Source: a virus
Taxonomy: Duplodnaviria; Caudoviricetes
Virus record (IMG/VR): IMGVR_UViG_3300013767_000191
Span: 1-39,161 of that record
Strand: one strand, 5' to 3'
DNA length: 39,161 nt
In this document: one piece after another, positions 7,883 to 17,550 of the stretch
Numbering within the stretch: position 1 is the first letter of the stretch
How the letters are laid out: every line of letters begins with the position of its first letter
Position numbers and translations under genes: made by a program
The notes under the pieces: model-generated
What the model was told of the DNA's origin: nothing
What the model saw: only the letters and a program-made list of their open reading frames with translations
The model's database searches: none

Positions 7883-8430
7883 TGCGAGTGGTGGTTGGAG
7901 TTGCCGCCCACGTCCATGATTTTGCCGGCCGCGTTAACGTTGCCGGCCACTGCCAGATTGCCACCCACCGACAGATTGCCGGTCGCGTTTACGTCCGGGG
8001 TGTCCAACGTTACCGAAGGCGCCTTGACGGTCACCGGCATTCCGCACTGGACGTCCAGGTTCTTGTCACAGACGAGCTTGGTCTGCCCGACACACACCAA
8101 TGACATGACATGTCCAGCGCGGTCGTAGATGACGGTTGTTCCGTCACTGAAGCGGATGTAGTCCGTATCTTCGTCCGTGACTGGGGGCGGTTCCTCCGTT
8201 GAGTAGACGCCGCCAAGATAGACGCCGCCGACCCCGTCCGCGTCCAGTAATACCGCTACTTGCTCATTCAGCTCGGGCATCAAGGGGCGGCGCTTCGTGC
8301 CTTGGGCATTACGCTGAGGAACGTTCAGCCAGTAGCTTTCAACGCCGTCGCGGTCAGCCAGCCGAACCCGTATGCGGCAAGTCATGTAATCAACGGCGCT
8401 GACTTCGCCGTACTCCAGTTCAACGCCCAT
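7879..8430 (-). CDS. Baseplate central spike, GpV family
   Basis: N-terminal OB fold, beta-helix repeats and C-terminal HHSH iron-binding tip. Confidence 0.92.
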   Translation of the reverse strand: MGVELEYGEVSAVDYMTCRIRVRLADRDGVESYWLNVPQRNAQGTKRRPLMPELNEQVAVLLDADGVGGVYLGGVYSTEEPPPVTDEDTDYIRFSDGTTVIYDRAGHVMSLVCVGQTKLVCDKNLDVQCGMPVTVKAPSVTLDTPDVNATGNLSVGGNLAVAGNVNAAGKIMDVGGNSNHHSH

Positions 8431-8446
8431 CAGTTGTTCCCCATGG

Positions 8447-9559
8447 TCAAGCCACCGTTTCGTGCTGAATGCCGTAGGTTGAAAGCGTCAAGTCGGGTTG
8501 GAGCTTGTCCGCCGTCAACCCGATTGACGGCGCCGATACGCGGCAGGTTGACGGCTCGACGGTATAGCCGCCGCTCCTGGTCATCCGGTGCTGAGACGAA
8601 TTGATGAGGTAATTGCCCCCCAACATGCCGGCCGCGACCAGGGTCACGACGTTTCCGCTGAACAGATTGGGCCGGCCCATGGACGACCAACTGCCGGTCG
8701 TCCTCTCGCGGTTCGCCTTGGCCAACTCCGCTTTGGCCTTCGCCCTGGCTTCATCCTCGGACGCGCTGCGCTTGCGGCTTTTTTTGGTATCGCCGCTGGT
8801 GGTGCTTTTGCTCACGCTGCTAGGCACCCCAACTGTTTCGCCGTTCTCGATCTTGTAGGCCACCAGCTTCTTTTTCGCCGGGTCTTTGTGCTTGACCTCA
8901 ACGGCCTGCGGAATGTCCTTGATCTGATCTTGCAAACTGATGCGGCTCAGATCCCCAAGATTGAAGGTGGCAACCGGCGCCGCCTTGGCCAGCTCGCTGA
9001 TCGCGTGAAAGACCAGGCGCGAGCCCGTCACCTTGAAGGCGTAGTCGTATTCCCCGGCGAGATTGCGCAAAAATTCCAGGTCGGAGTTTTGCTGAGTCAA
9101 CCGGTCGAGTTTGATCGGCTCGATGCTGCCGACAAGCTCCAGCCCTTGGCGTGCGGCGATCTGCTTGGCGACAGCGTCCAGCGTGGTGTTCTCGTAGGCC
9201 CGGTGTTCCGTGGTGCGCAGAGAGGCTTTAACGCCCGTGGCCAAGCCGTCAATGGTCACCGTGAACGGCGGTCCGCTCAGCTCAACCCGGTCGATCTCAA
9301 AGCGGCCGACCGTTCGCAGCGGCTGGCCCTCCCAGCCGATAGCCAAACTCAAGGTATCTCCGTGGCCGGGATACCAGGCATCGCGCCATTTGCCCCCGGA
9401 GTCCTCCAGTTCAACCGAAAGGCTGTCAGCCTGGCCGGTGAGAAAGTCGGTGTAGGTCAACGACAGCAGGTGCACGCTGACATTTCGGGTGATGTTGCTC
9501 TGCTGATAGGTGAGGACAAAGCGCGCCTCGGGCACCTGAGAGGGGCTTATCGCATCCAT
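8447..9559 (-). CDS. Baseplate hub, late control protein D family
   Basis: ADSLSVELED and QQNSDLEFLRNLAGEY motifs, plus synteny. Confidence 0.9.
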   Translation of the reverse strand: MDAISPSQVPEARFVLTYQQSNITRNVSVHLLSLTYTDFLTGQADSLSVELEDSGGKWRDAWYPGHGDTLSLAIGWEGQPLRTVGRFEIDRVELSGPPFTVTIDGLATGVKASLRTTEHRAYENTTLDAVAKQIAARQGLELVGSIEPIKLDRLTQQNSDLEFLRNLAGEYDYAFKVTGSRLVFHAISELAKAAPVATFNLGDLSRISLQDQIKDIPQAVEVKHKDPAKKKLVAYKIENGETVGVPSSVSKSTTSGDTKKSRKRSASEDEARAKAKAELAKANRERTTGSWSSMGRPNLFSGNVVTLVAAGMLGGNYLINSSQHRMTRSGGYTVEPSTCRVSAPSIGLTADKLQPDLTLSTYGIQHETVA

Positions 9560-9753
9560 GGCGGCAGATCCTCCGCAGAGGGCGCCGGTTCAAGAACCGG
9601 GATCGCCAAAGTCAAACCGGCGGGCAACGCGGCGGTGATTGGGACGTGGGGGTTTGCCTCAATGATCGGCATATAGCGGTGAGCGTCGCCGTAATAATGC
9701 CAGGCTAATTGATCCCAACGCTGTCCCTCGGTCGTAGTGTGTGGAATGAACAT
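9547..9753 (-). CDS. Tail protein X (LysM-like)
   Basis: TTEGQRWDQLAWHYYG...IIEANP...LPPW. Confidence 0.9.
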   Translation of the reverse strand: MFIPHTTTEGQRWDQLAWHYYGDAHRYMPIIEANPHVPITAALPAGLTLAIPVLEPAPSAEDLPPWMR

Positions 9754-10633
9754 CAGGCCCTCCTGGTGAGTACTTGCGCGGCCAGGCCCGAAAGCCGGGC
9801 GCTGGCGCCGTTCATCTTCGTAAACGCCTGATCGAGCGAGTCCTTGGAGGCGGAAAAGCGTTCGACGATGTTGCTCAGGTCGACCGGATTGAGGCTTGAT
9901 CTAGCGCCCATGACCCCGCTCAGCACGTCCTCGCCGAGGCGCGATAGATCGGTCCCGTCCTTGAGCAGGCCGGCCATGTCTTTCAACCCCTGTAGGGGCT
10001 CGATGGCGCGGGCCGTGACGCCCAATAACTGGGGAACCTGTCCGAGGATCATTGAGGGGTTGCCGCTCTTGACGGTTTCGTACAGGTTCTGGCCCGCCTT
10101 CAAAATGTTGCCGGCGGTTTTCGCGTGGCCCAGCACCATTTGCGTCGTGCTGGGCGACGGCATCAAGCGCGAAAGCAGCCCAGGGGTACCGGCCCCAGCG
10201 GCGGCCGTGCCACTTACGGCCGGATCGAGCAGGCCCGGCCGGGCAACCTTGCGTGTAAAGGCCCCGGTGTACTCTTTCAGGCTGAGTTGAACCGTAGCGG
10301 CTTGCACCTGGCCTACGGCCGTGGCGCGACGCGTGGTGTTGCTCATGTTGCAGATGACATAGGGGCCGAGGTATTCGCCGCTGCCCATCACAAAGGGCAA
10401 GGGCTCGTGCTTACTCTTGGCAAGGCGCAAGGCCCGCAGGCGTTCCTCGGGATCGCCGAGCAGCGGGTGAAGTTCAATGGTGGGTTGCATTCATCTAGCC
10501 CTTCGCCGATCCACTCCAGCAGCGGCTTGCCTTGAATGCGCGGATGTTCGGCCCAGTCGGCCGTGCCGCTCTGATCCATTCCGGTGACGCCGCCGGCAAC
10601 GGTGAATTCGATGTCCCCCAAGATGGCAAACAT
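9753..10633 (-). pseudogene. P2 GpU-like tail protein split by a 1-nt frameshift near 10482
   Basis: The N-half MFAILGDIEF...GKPLLEWIGEGLDECN continues in another frame as TIELHPLLGDPEERL. The junction reads TGC AAC CC ACC ATT GAA. Confidence 0.8.
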
Positions 10634-13299
10634 TAAGCGGTTACCTCATCTGAAGCGCCGTAACTGAGGCGGCGTTTGTCACGTATAAAACGCTCCATCA
10701 TCCGCATCCATTCGGCGTAACTGGCCTGCAGGCCCTGATTGATTTGATCCACGCCAGCGCCGGCCGGTACGTTGATTTGCGGGGAAAAGGTAAAGTTCAT
10801 TTGCCCGCCGGCGCCCCCCAATTGGCCGCCCCCAGCGGGCGCTATCATCCCGGCTCTGGAAACGCTCATTGGATTGGGCGGCGTCATGTCAACATCAGTC
10901 TGTGCCGCCATTCCGAGCGCGGCCTCCCGCACCAGGCCCGCTTGGGAGCTGATGCCGATGGCGGCGCCTTCGCTGATGTTCGCGCCGTAGCCGATGAATA
11001 CCCGGCTTGGCGACTGAATGCCCAGTTTCTCGGTGAACCAGCCCTGAATGGAGTCCCCGAACCCCAACACGGTGTCTTTCAGCGAGCCCGCCATACTGGA
11101 AATGCCATTGATCAGGCCGGTAATGATCATCCCGCCAAACTCGGAAAACTTGCCGGGCAGCTCAAACCCGAAGTAGTTCATCACAGCCGCGAAGGCGCGG
11201 TAGAACAGCCCCACCGGGGAAAAGTTGAGCAGCGTTTGCGCAATGCCGGAGATGCCGCCGCTGAAGCCTTCTTTGATCTCGGCCCATAAGCCGCTGACGA
11301 AGGTCTTGATCGGGCCCCAATAGCGGTAGATCAGGAAGGCCGCGACCGCGATGCCGGTGATAGCCAGGCCGATGGGGTTCATCAACAGGGCCCGGCCGAT
11401 CCACAACACGGCCTGCCCAACAAGGCGCAGCCCCGTGAGCAGTTGGCCGCCCAATGCCTTGCCCAGCATGACGCTGCCTCGGGCCAACCACGCCGCGCCT
11501 TTGCCCGCCGCTGTGAGCGCCGAACGAAGGTCATTCAACGCGGCCCGGCCGAGCCAACTCGCGCCACGGGCGACCGCGCCAAGCCCAGAACGTAGATCGT
11601 TCACCAGGGCGCGGCCGAACCAACTGGCGGCCCGCCCTGCGGCGCGCATACCCTGCGCCCCTTTGCCGAGGCCATTGATCAGCGGGGCAAACTTGCCGCC
11701 ATGCCAAGCCGCCTGCAGGAGCGTCCATTTGGACGACAGCGCTGTCATGGTGGTCTTCATGGCCACGAACGGCGACGCTACCAAGTTGGCCCCGTAGGCC
11801 ACGCCGATGAAGGCCATTTTGCCAAGCAGTAGGCCGCCAACGAGGCCGACGATACCCTTGATCAATTCAGGATTCTCGCCGGCCCAGGCGGAGAACGAAC
11901 GCATCAGCGGAACAACTTCGCGGCTCACATCCACAATGGCCGGCAACAACGCGTTGCCTACCGAGATGCCGATATCACTCAGGTTGTTGCGCAGCTCCTT
12001 GAGCTGCTCTTTCGAGCTGCCCATGCGCTTTGTCCAGTCCTGATCGAGGACGCCTTTGTCAGCCGCGTCCTTGCTGCCTTGTTTGATGCCGCCGAGATCT
12101 TTTTGGTTGGCCAGCGCGGGGCGTACGAATGACAGCACCTGCTGATCGGCGAACAACTCGCCGAGTTTGTAGGCCTCATCAAGCCGGCTGAGAGCGGTTT
12201 CGCGCTCTTTCTCATCCTTGATGTCCAGCGCCTTGCTGTAGGCAGCCGCAGCGGCCGGCCCCTTGGTGCCCAGGTGCTTGGTCAGAATCTTGATCATCGC
12301 CTCAGCGGGCGAAAGGCCCTCGCTGACCAGGTTCTTCATGCTGCCTTTCAGATCGATGCCGGCCTTCTCAAACGCCTTGATCGTTTCGGGGGCGGTGAGT
12401 TTCGAAAGGAAATTCTTGAAGTTGTTGGCCGCCTCGTCGTTGGTGCCGGCCCCCCGGCGGGCGATCTGCAGGGAGGCGCCGATCTCGGCGACGGCGCGCT
12501 CGCCGGTGATGCCCAGCGCGGCGAACTGGGGCGTCAGTTGGGGCAGCCACTTGGCCATGTCCGCAAGTTCGAACTGGCCGCTTTTGCCGGCGAACGCCAG
12601 CATGTTCATGGAGCGCTCAAGCCCGGCGGCGCCGATGCCCAAGTTATCATTGAGCGCGATGGCCACCGAGCCGAGGTCGTTCATGCTGGCCCGAGTGGCG
12701 GTTGCCGTTTTGGCCATCACCGGGGCGTAGGCTTCCAGTTCCTTGACGTTGGAAATGCCGCCGGCAATCAAAACGCCGGTGCCCTTGGCCACGTCGGTTT
12801 GGGTCTGGTTCCACCTAAGCGCGGCCCCGCGCATCACATCGCTGAGGCCTTTCTCCTGCGCCTCGTCGAAGCCGCCCGTGATGGCGATATCGCGGGTCTG
12901 GTCTTGGAAGTCGATGGCCGTCCGCATCGACTGAATAATTGGGGCACCAAGCGCGGCGCCGGTGCCGGCTACTTCAAGCGCCTGGCTGCGTAGATCCCCG
13001 CGTTTGCTTTTGAGGGTTTCGCCACGGGCGATGCTCGCGGTAAGGCGATCCTGTTTGACTTTGAGCTGGTCTATTGCGCGGCCGACCTGGTCGTACTGCC
13101 GGCGCAGGCGCTCAACGCCCGTGCCGCCCCGGGCAAGTGCGGCGGACAGTTCAGCGCCAATGAGTTTTTGCTTTGCGGTGAGGCCATCGGTGGCGCGGCC
13201 GAGTTGTTGTACGGTCGATTTGGCTGAGCCAAAGGCGGCGCTCAGGCTGCCGGAGACGACGGCGCCGATCTTTAGTCCAACCAGTACTTCGTTAGCCAT
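10633..13299 (-). CDS. Tail tape measure protein (TP901-core type)
   Basis: 888 aa, Ala/Gly-rich, with AGKSGQFELADMA, NPIGLAI and LGIQSPSRVF motifs and ~22-aa Trp-spaced repeats. Confidence 0.95.
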   Translation of the reverse strand: MANEVLVGLKIGAVVSGSLSAAFGSAKSTVQQLGRATDGLTAKQKLIGAELSAALARGGTGVERLRRQYDQVGRAIDQLKVKQDRLTASIARGETLKSKRGDLRSQALEVAGTGAALGAPIIQSMRTAIDFQDQTRDIAITGGFDEAQEKGLSDVMRGAALRWNQTQTDVAKGTGVLIAGGISNVKELEAYAPVMAKTATATRASMNDLGSVAIALNDNLGIGAAGLERSMNMLAFAGKSGQFELADMAKWLPQLTPQFAALGITGERAVAEIGASLQIARRGAGTNDEAANNFKNFLSKLTAPETIKAFEKAGIDLKGSMKNLVSEGLSPAEAMIKILTKHLGTKGPAAAAAYSKALDIKDEKERETALSRLDEAYKLGELFADQQVLSFVRPALANQKDLGGIKQGSKDAADKGVLDQDWTKRMGSSKEQLKELRNNLSDIGISVGNALLPAIVDVSREVVPLMRSFSAWAGENPELIKGIVGLVGGLLLGKMAFIGVAYGANLVASPFVAMKTTMTALSSKWTLLQAAWHGGKFAPLINGLGKGAQGMRAAGRAASWFGRALVNDLRSGLGAVARGASWLGRAALNDLRSALTAAGKGAAWLARGSVMLGKALGGQLLTGLRLVGQAVLWIGRALLMNPIGLAITGIAVAAFLIYRYWGPIKTFVSGLWAEIKEGFSGGISGIAQTLLNFSPVGLFYRAFAAVMNYFGFELPGKFSEFGGMIITGLINGISSMAGSLKDTVLGFGDSIQGWFTEKLGIQSPSRVFIGYGANISEGAAIGISSQAGLVREAALGMAAQTDVDMTPPNPMSVSRAGMIAPAGGGQLGGAGGQMNFTFSPQINVPAGAGVDQINQGLQASYAEWMRMMERFIRDKRRLSYGASDEVTA

Positions 13300-13314
13300 A
13301 AAGTTTGCTACGCT

Positions 13315-13581
13315 ATGGGCATGTTTGAAAAAGCCGCTCTACGCACCGCCAAGACTCTGTATGCACTGGCCATCGGCGCCGGTGTGATCTGGCTCGCCTG
13401 GCTTTGCCTGGCTCACCTGCCGTTGTGGGCGGCGGTCATCGTGTTCTGCATCGGCTTGCCATTGCTGGCTTCGGTGGCCGCCCCTATCGCAGCGGGCGGC
13501 GCTTGGTTGGCGGGATTAGCGGTTGGCCTGGCCGCGATCATTGGCCGTTCGCTTTATCGGCGAGTTCGATCCGCCGGTTGA
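13315..13581 (+). CDS. Small hydrophobic membrane protein, moron
   Basis: 88 aa with 2-3 hydrophobic segments and a basic C-terminus, antisense to the tail operon. Confidence 0.65.
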   Translation: MGMFEKAALRTAKTLYALAIGAGVIWLAWLCLAHLPLWAAVIVFCIGLPLLASVAAPIAAGGAWLAGLAVGLAAIIGRSLYRRVRSAG

Positions 13582-13696
13582 TCTCACGCCGGCAGGTTTC
13601 CACCCAACGCCAATACTCCGCCATGTCCAGCCGCCTGATTTCAGACGGCTGGAGTCTCAGCACCAGCAGTAGCGCCTCGTCCCAGGACTCCAGCAA
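13538..13696 (-). CDS. Tail assembly chaperone extension (GpE'/T-like; not in ORF track)
   Basis: Read by hand: LLESWDEALLLVLRLQPSEIRRLDMAEYWRWVETCRREINRRIELADKANGQ, with the xQPSEI..L....W motif. Overlaps the gpE 3' end in the +1/-2 frame. Confidence 0.75.
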   Translation of the reverse strand: MLESWDEALLLVLRLQPSEIRRLDMAEYWRWVETCRREINRRIELADKANGQ

Positions 13697-13955
13697 CGTC
13701 TCCTCCGCTAGCCATTTCCCGCAACACCTCGGTGGCTAACTTCGAATCGGCAATATCGAACTCGCCGAGATCTTCCAGAGTGATACCCAGCATCTTCGCA
13801 ATGAGCATGTCTTCCATCGCGCCTTCATCTTTCGTGGCGGATTGAGCGGCGCTGATGTCTTTGCGTTTGAGGCGCTTGATCGGCAGCTTTTTTAGCGTGT
13901 CGCCGTTGCCGTTTTTGAAGGGGAATTTGAGGGTGAAGCTGAGTTCGTCGGCCAT
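13641..13955 (-). CDS. Tail assembly chaperone (GpE/gp41-like)
   Basis: FTLKFPF...IKRLKRKD...LEDLGEFDIAD. Lies between the tube and the tape measure gene. GGAG SD. Confidence 0.85.
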   Translation of the reverse strand: MADELSFTLKFPFKNGNGDTLKKLPIKRLKRKDISAAQSATKDEGAMEDMLIAKMLGITLEDLGEFDIADSKLATEVLREMASGGDVAGVLGRGATAGAETPAV

Positions 13956-13995
13956 CTTTGATGCTCCAAAAGGGGGTTGCTCTAAATGAGCCATG

Positions 13996-14042
13996 AGCAT
14001 CTCACCAGGCCAAGGTGATGACTTTTAATCGACTTTAAAGAG
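13996..14042 (-). promoter_or_regulatory. Late promoter copy 2
   Basis: 21-bp motif (1 mismatch) at 14022-14042, 20-bp spacer, GATGCT hexamer at 13996-14001. Confidence 0.7.
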
Positions 14043-14066
14043 AAGCCCCGCACTTGGCGGGGCTTC
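14042..14066 (-). terminator. Intrinsic terminator after the YfbU-like moron
   Basis: 10-bp stem GAAGCCCCGC/GCGGGGCTTC with a 5-nt loop, followed by TCTTT on the - strand. Confidence 0.7.
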
Positions 14067-14094
14067 GAATCTTCTACTTACCTAAGGCGACGAA

Positions 14095-14628
14095 TCACCG
14101 GTTACTTGGATGAATTCGTGACCGCACAACCGCCTGCAACTGATCGAGGGTTAGCTCGTACGAGTAAGGTTCGCGTTGTTTTTCCAGCTCTTCCAGCATG
14201 CGTTCATAAAGATCTGTTGTAGGCATATGCGAATTTTTGATCCTACCCTTGAAGTGCGCCCACTTGCCAAGATCCTCGGTGAGGACGTGTGCAATAGAAA
14301 ACAGCTCACTCTCATTGTTTCCGTCGAAGCCAGGGAATACCACGTCGTCGGCTGAGAAGTCCAACTGAGCGCGTTCCGCCTCTGTCAGGTCTGCATAGCC
14401 GAGCTCAAGGAGTTGCCATAGATCCAACACATCCATGACGTATTTGACATTCGGCGGTGTGTCCTCGCGAAGGAACATGTTTGGGTAAGCATGTGCCAGC
14501 GCCCATCCTTCTCCGTCGCAGATCATGCGCTGGATGAAGTCTGCGTCAACAGAATCCTTAATGTTAAGCGCTTTATGAATGTCAGTGAGAAGCGTAAAGA
14601 GCAGTTGATCTTTTCCGGAAAATTCCAT
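14095..14628 (-). CDS. YfbU (UPF0304) family protein, moron (177 aa)
   Basis: VMDVLDLW...FPGFDGNNE...NSHMP...YERML motifs. AAGGA SD before ATG 14628. Lower GC than flanks. Confidence 0.82.
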   Translation of the reverse strand: MEFSGKDQLLFTLLTDIHKALNIKDSVDADFIQRMICDGEGWALAHAYPNMFLREDTPPNVKYVMDVLDLWQLLELGYADLTEAERAQLDFSADDVVFPGFDGNNESELFSIAHVLTEDLGKWAHFKGRIKNSHMPTTDLYERMLEELEKQREPYSYELTLDQLQAVVRSRIHPSNR

Positions 14629-14788
14629 CTTTTCATCCTTAAAATTACGCGGCATCAGATTGCCGCAACACATCCTATTTACGAAAACGATCAACCACAA
14701 CGAAAAAGCCCGACACAAAGGCCGAATGCGGATCACTTGAGCCGTTGATTGAGAGATTTTAGTTACAGCTTCTGCGGTGAGATCCAAG

Positions 14789-14826
14789 AAAAACGCCGCT
14801 TTCCCGTCCGGGGGTAAGCGGCGTTT
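14789..14826 (-). terminator. Intrinsic terminator downstream of the tail tube gene
   Basis: AAACGCCGCTT...AAGCGGCGTTT stem running into TTTTTCTT on the - strand. Confidence 0.75.
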
Positions 14827-14876
14827 CCTAAAGGGAACAGCATTGCCCTTTTCTATCGGGTTTCTTATTTCGCTGT

Positions 14877-15401
14877 TCAAGCCTGCCCGATATTCTGCCG
14901 GTACTTCGACAACTGATCCTGCCCGCCAACCTTGAAGATGTTGGCCAGCCAATCCAGCAGCACGATTTCCTGCCCGTTCAGAACCTGACGCACGTAGGTC
15001 GCCGAAAACGGGGTTTCGTACTTGGTCGGATCTCGCGGCTTGTGGCCCCCGAGCTGGTACTCCTTGCCGGTGATGGTCATCGTGGTGACCAGCGGCAACT
15101 CCTCGACAAGGCCGCCGCTGTTGAACACCTGGACGTTGCTGCGGCACTGCAACTGGACGCTTTTAAACGGCGTCACCAGTTTGCTGGCGGCCTCGTAGTA
15201 CAGGCTATTCCAGACGAATTTTCCCTCCAGCTTGTCGATGCCGTCCGGCAGCTCGATCAGGCCGACCATGCCCAACCCTTGAAAGTCGCTGGACACGGTT
15301 TTGATGGAGCCCAGGTCGACTTCTTCCAGCTTGCCGAAGAAGCTGGCGCCGTCGAGGTAGACGTTGGCGTTGGAAATGCGGTGCGCGCTAAAGCCGGCCA
15401 T
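14877..15401 (-). CDS. Major tail tube protein (FII family)
   Basis: ISNANVYLDG...GLGMVG...GIDKLEG. Follows the sheath. Confidence 0.92.
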   Translation of the reverse strand: MAGFSAHRISNANVYLDGASFFGKLEEVDLGSIKTVSSDFQGLGMVGLIELPDGIDKLEGKFVWNSLYYEAASKLVTPFKSVQLQCRSNVQVFNSGGLVEELPLVTTMTITGKEYQLGGHKPRDPTKYETPFSATYVRQVLNGQEIVLLDWLANIFKVGGQDQLSKYRQNIGQA

Positions 15402-16825
15402 TACTGAGCCCCCAGGTTGACCAGGTATTCCCCGGTGATTTCGGTTTCAAAAGTGCCGCGTTCGAACGGCAGCGGAATGCCCAGCTTGTAACTGAACAGC
15501 ACATGGCCCAGTTCCAGCTCCGTTTGCGGGTTACGGGCTGGGTCATACCAGCACTCGCCGCCAAGCAGCGCTTCGTCGCCGATCAATTTGCGAATCAGCA
15601 GATTGACGCTCTCGGTGATGCTGGTAATCAGCGACGTGGTCACCGGCTGGTCGACAAACTGGAGCGAGCTATAGCGGATCGACTCGTCGATAACGTCCTT
15701 GGTGCGCCGGACGTTTTCGAAGTTGCGCGTGTGGGTCACGGTTGGCCAGGCCGCCGTCCGGTTGCCCCACAAGCGCAGCCCGGTGCCGAAAGAGTTGAAG
15801 ACGGTGGTGACGCCGTTCTCATTCAGTAGGTTGACGTCACTGGACGGGTCATCGATCCGGGCGCTAAGTGGCCGCTCCAGGCCGATGACGCCGAGCAGTT
15901 CCTGGTTGGAGCTGCTCCACCAGTAGCCTTTGTCGTTATCGACCTTGGCCCGCAAGCCGGCGGCGCGGATCGACAAGGGTTGCAAGCGCTGGCCATCGGT
16001 AGGCGCGTCGTAGACCTTCACATGGGGGTAGCAGAGGCGCACGCGGTCGCTGCTGGTGTTGAAGTTGATGTCGCCGGCCGGCCCGCGCCCTGCAATGACC
16101 TGCTGAACAGTGGTTCCGATTGGTGCGTCAATGTAGGCAACGCCGCCGACTTGGGCGGCCGAGGCGATCAGCTCCACGCTCACCGAACTGAGGGTACTGA
16201 AGCCGGGCGCGATGAAGATCTTCCCGAAGTAGCCCAGCAGGTTGTAGCTGTCCTGGAACGCCTTCAAACCGGTGCGCTTTCCGGCGACGGTGACGCCGCC
16301 GATGATATCGGCCGGCGTGACTTTGCTCGGGTCTGCGTAGGCGTAATCAGCCTTGACCGGGCCGTTTACTGGAATCGTGCCGGTGGGCAAGCGTTTCACT
16401 CGGCCGGTCAGCATGTCGACGGAGTAGTCGGTGCCTTTGACGTAGGTGTTCGTACCCTCGGGCGACTTGAGGGTCAGCGTTTGAAGCGCGCCGTGCTCCA
16501 GTTGCAACAGATCATTGTCGTTGAACGTGTGCGCCTGGCCGGCCAAACTGGTGCGGTGGGCGGCGGGATCGAGGACGTTGACGACCAGCACCGTGCCCGC
16601 GCCAAAGTCGTAAATCCCTTCCAGCGCTTCCGGGATGCTGAAGCCGGCGAGGTGCGAACCGAACTGCGCCGCGTCCACTTCGTTCAAAGACTGAATCAAT
16701 TGATTGACCGGCCCGGTAGGCGCCGTGCCGACCAGGGCGATGACGGCGGATTTGACCACTTTGATCGGGCGCGGGCCGCGCTCGACTTCCAGTGTCTCGA
16801 TGCCGTGTAGATAGTTAGCTGCCAT
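15401..16825 (-). CDS. Contractile tail sheath protein
   Basis: YLHGIET, GYWWSSSNQ, GLRLWGNRT and FENVRRT motifs. Confidence 0.96.
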   Translation of the reverse strand: MAANYLHGIETLEVERGPRPIKVVKSAVIALVGTAPTGPVNQLIQSLNEVDAAQFGSHLAGFSIPEALEGIYDFGAGTVLVVNVLDPAAHRTSLAGQAHTFNDNDLLQLEHGALQTLTLKSPEGTNTYVKGTDYSVDMLTGRVKRLPTGTIPVNGPVKADYAYADPSKVTPADIIGGVTVAGKRTGLKAFQDSYNLLGYFGKIFIAPGFSTLSSVSVELIASAAQVGGVAYIDAPIGTTVQQVIAGRGPAGDINFNTSSDRVRLCYPHVKVYDAPTDGQRLQPLSIRAAGLRAKVDNDKGYWWSSSNQELLGVIGLERPLSARIDDPSSDVNLLNENGVTTVFNSFGTGLRLWGNRTAAWPTVTHTRNFENVRRTKDVIDESIRYSSLQFVDQPVTTSLITSITESVNLLIRKLIGDEALLGGECWYDPARNPQTELELGHVLFSYKLGIPLPFERGTFETEITGEYLVNLGAQ

Positions 16826-16831
16826 CGGGCA

Positions 16832-17065
16832 TTACTCCTTTTCGACTGTCTGAGGCGTGGATGGAACCTTGGCTGCGGCCTTTGCTTCGGGCGCAAGTGG
16901 TTCCAGATGTTGGAGTTCCAACAGCACCTGGGTGTATTCATGATCGGCCGGCAACTTGACGGGCTTGCCCGGCGACAGTTGCACCTCCAGCAACTCACGC
17001 TTTTCGCCAACCCTCAGCGAGACAGCGCTTTGCGGGCCTTTGTAGAGGTAACGGGACAGGTTCAT
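16832..17065 (-). CDS. Small conserved pre-sheath protein
   Basis: 77-aa ORF coupled between gp37 and the sheath. Confidence 0.7.
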   Translation of the reverse strand: MNLSRYLYKGPQSAVSLRVGEKRELLEVQLSPGKPVKLPADHEYTQVLLELQHLEPLAPEAKAAAKVPSTPQTVEKE

Positions 17066-17550
17066 TGCATTTCCTCAAATCGGGTTTCGGTCAAAAGCGG
17101 CCCGGTTTCAGGGGCCATAAACTGCAATTGAGTGGAGCGCGTGGCGAAGTCCTGGGCGTACTGCCAAACGCCGTTCATGTGGCCGATGAAGTATTCGAAA
17201 ACCGGGCGGAACGCCTGGTCGCAGTGCGGCGCGTACCAGCCGGTCAGGCGGGTACGGATGCGGTCGAGATACGGAATGACCCCGTCCTTGCCGTTGAGTT
17301 GGCGGAAGACCAACGTCAGCCGCAACGTCATGCTCCGGGCTTGAAAGACAGCGTCCGTGCTTTCCGAACCGGCAAAGGTCGATTTGCCGTAAGCCAGCAA
17401 AATCGCCCCTCGCGGGTGGTTCAGGCGGTACTGGAGCGGGTTTTCGGGAAACAGCTCGACCATCAGCTCTTCGCTGAAGGTCTCCCGCAGACGCTCCAGC
17501 AGCGCCTCCATCAGCTGCTCGGTTTGGGTTTTGGGCGGCGCCTCACTCAT
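17062..17550 (-). CDS. Mu Gp37-like tail terminator/head-tail protein
   Basis: YRLNHPRGAILLAY and GVWQYAQDF. TGATG coupling with gp36. Confidence 0.82.
   Translation of the reverse strand: MSEAPPKTQTEQLMEALLERLRETFSEELMVELFPENPLQYRLNHPRGAILLAYGKSTFAGSESTDAVFQARSMTLRLTLVFRQLNGKDGVIPYLDRIRTRLTGWYAPHCDQAFRPVFEYFIGHMNGVWQYAQDFATRSTQLQFMAPETGPLLTETRFEEMQ

Noticed and set aside
11480-11640. ~22-aa Trp-spaced repeats in the tape measure protein
   Set aside because: This is ordinary TMP periodicity.
14629-15147. Upstream half of the 350-aa ORF 14095..15147
   Set aside because: It overlaps the tube gene and crosses a terminator. The real start with an SD is at 14628.
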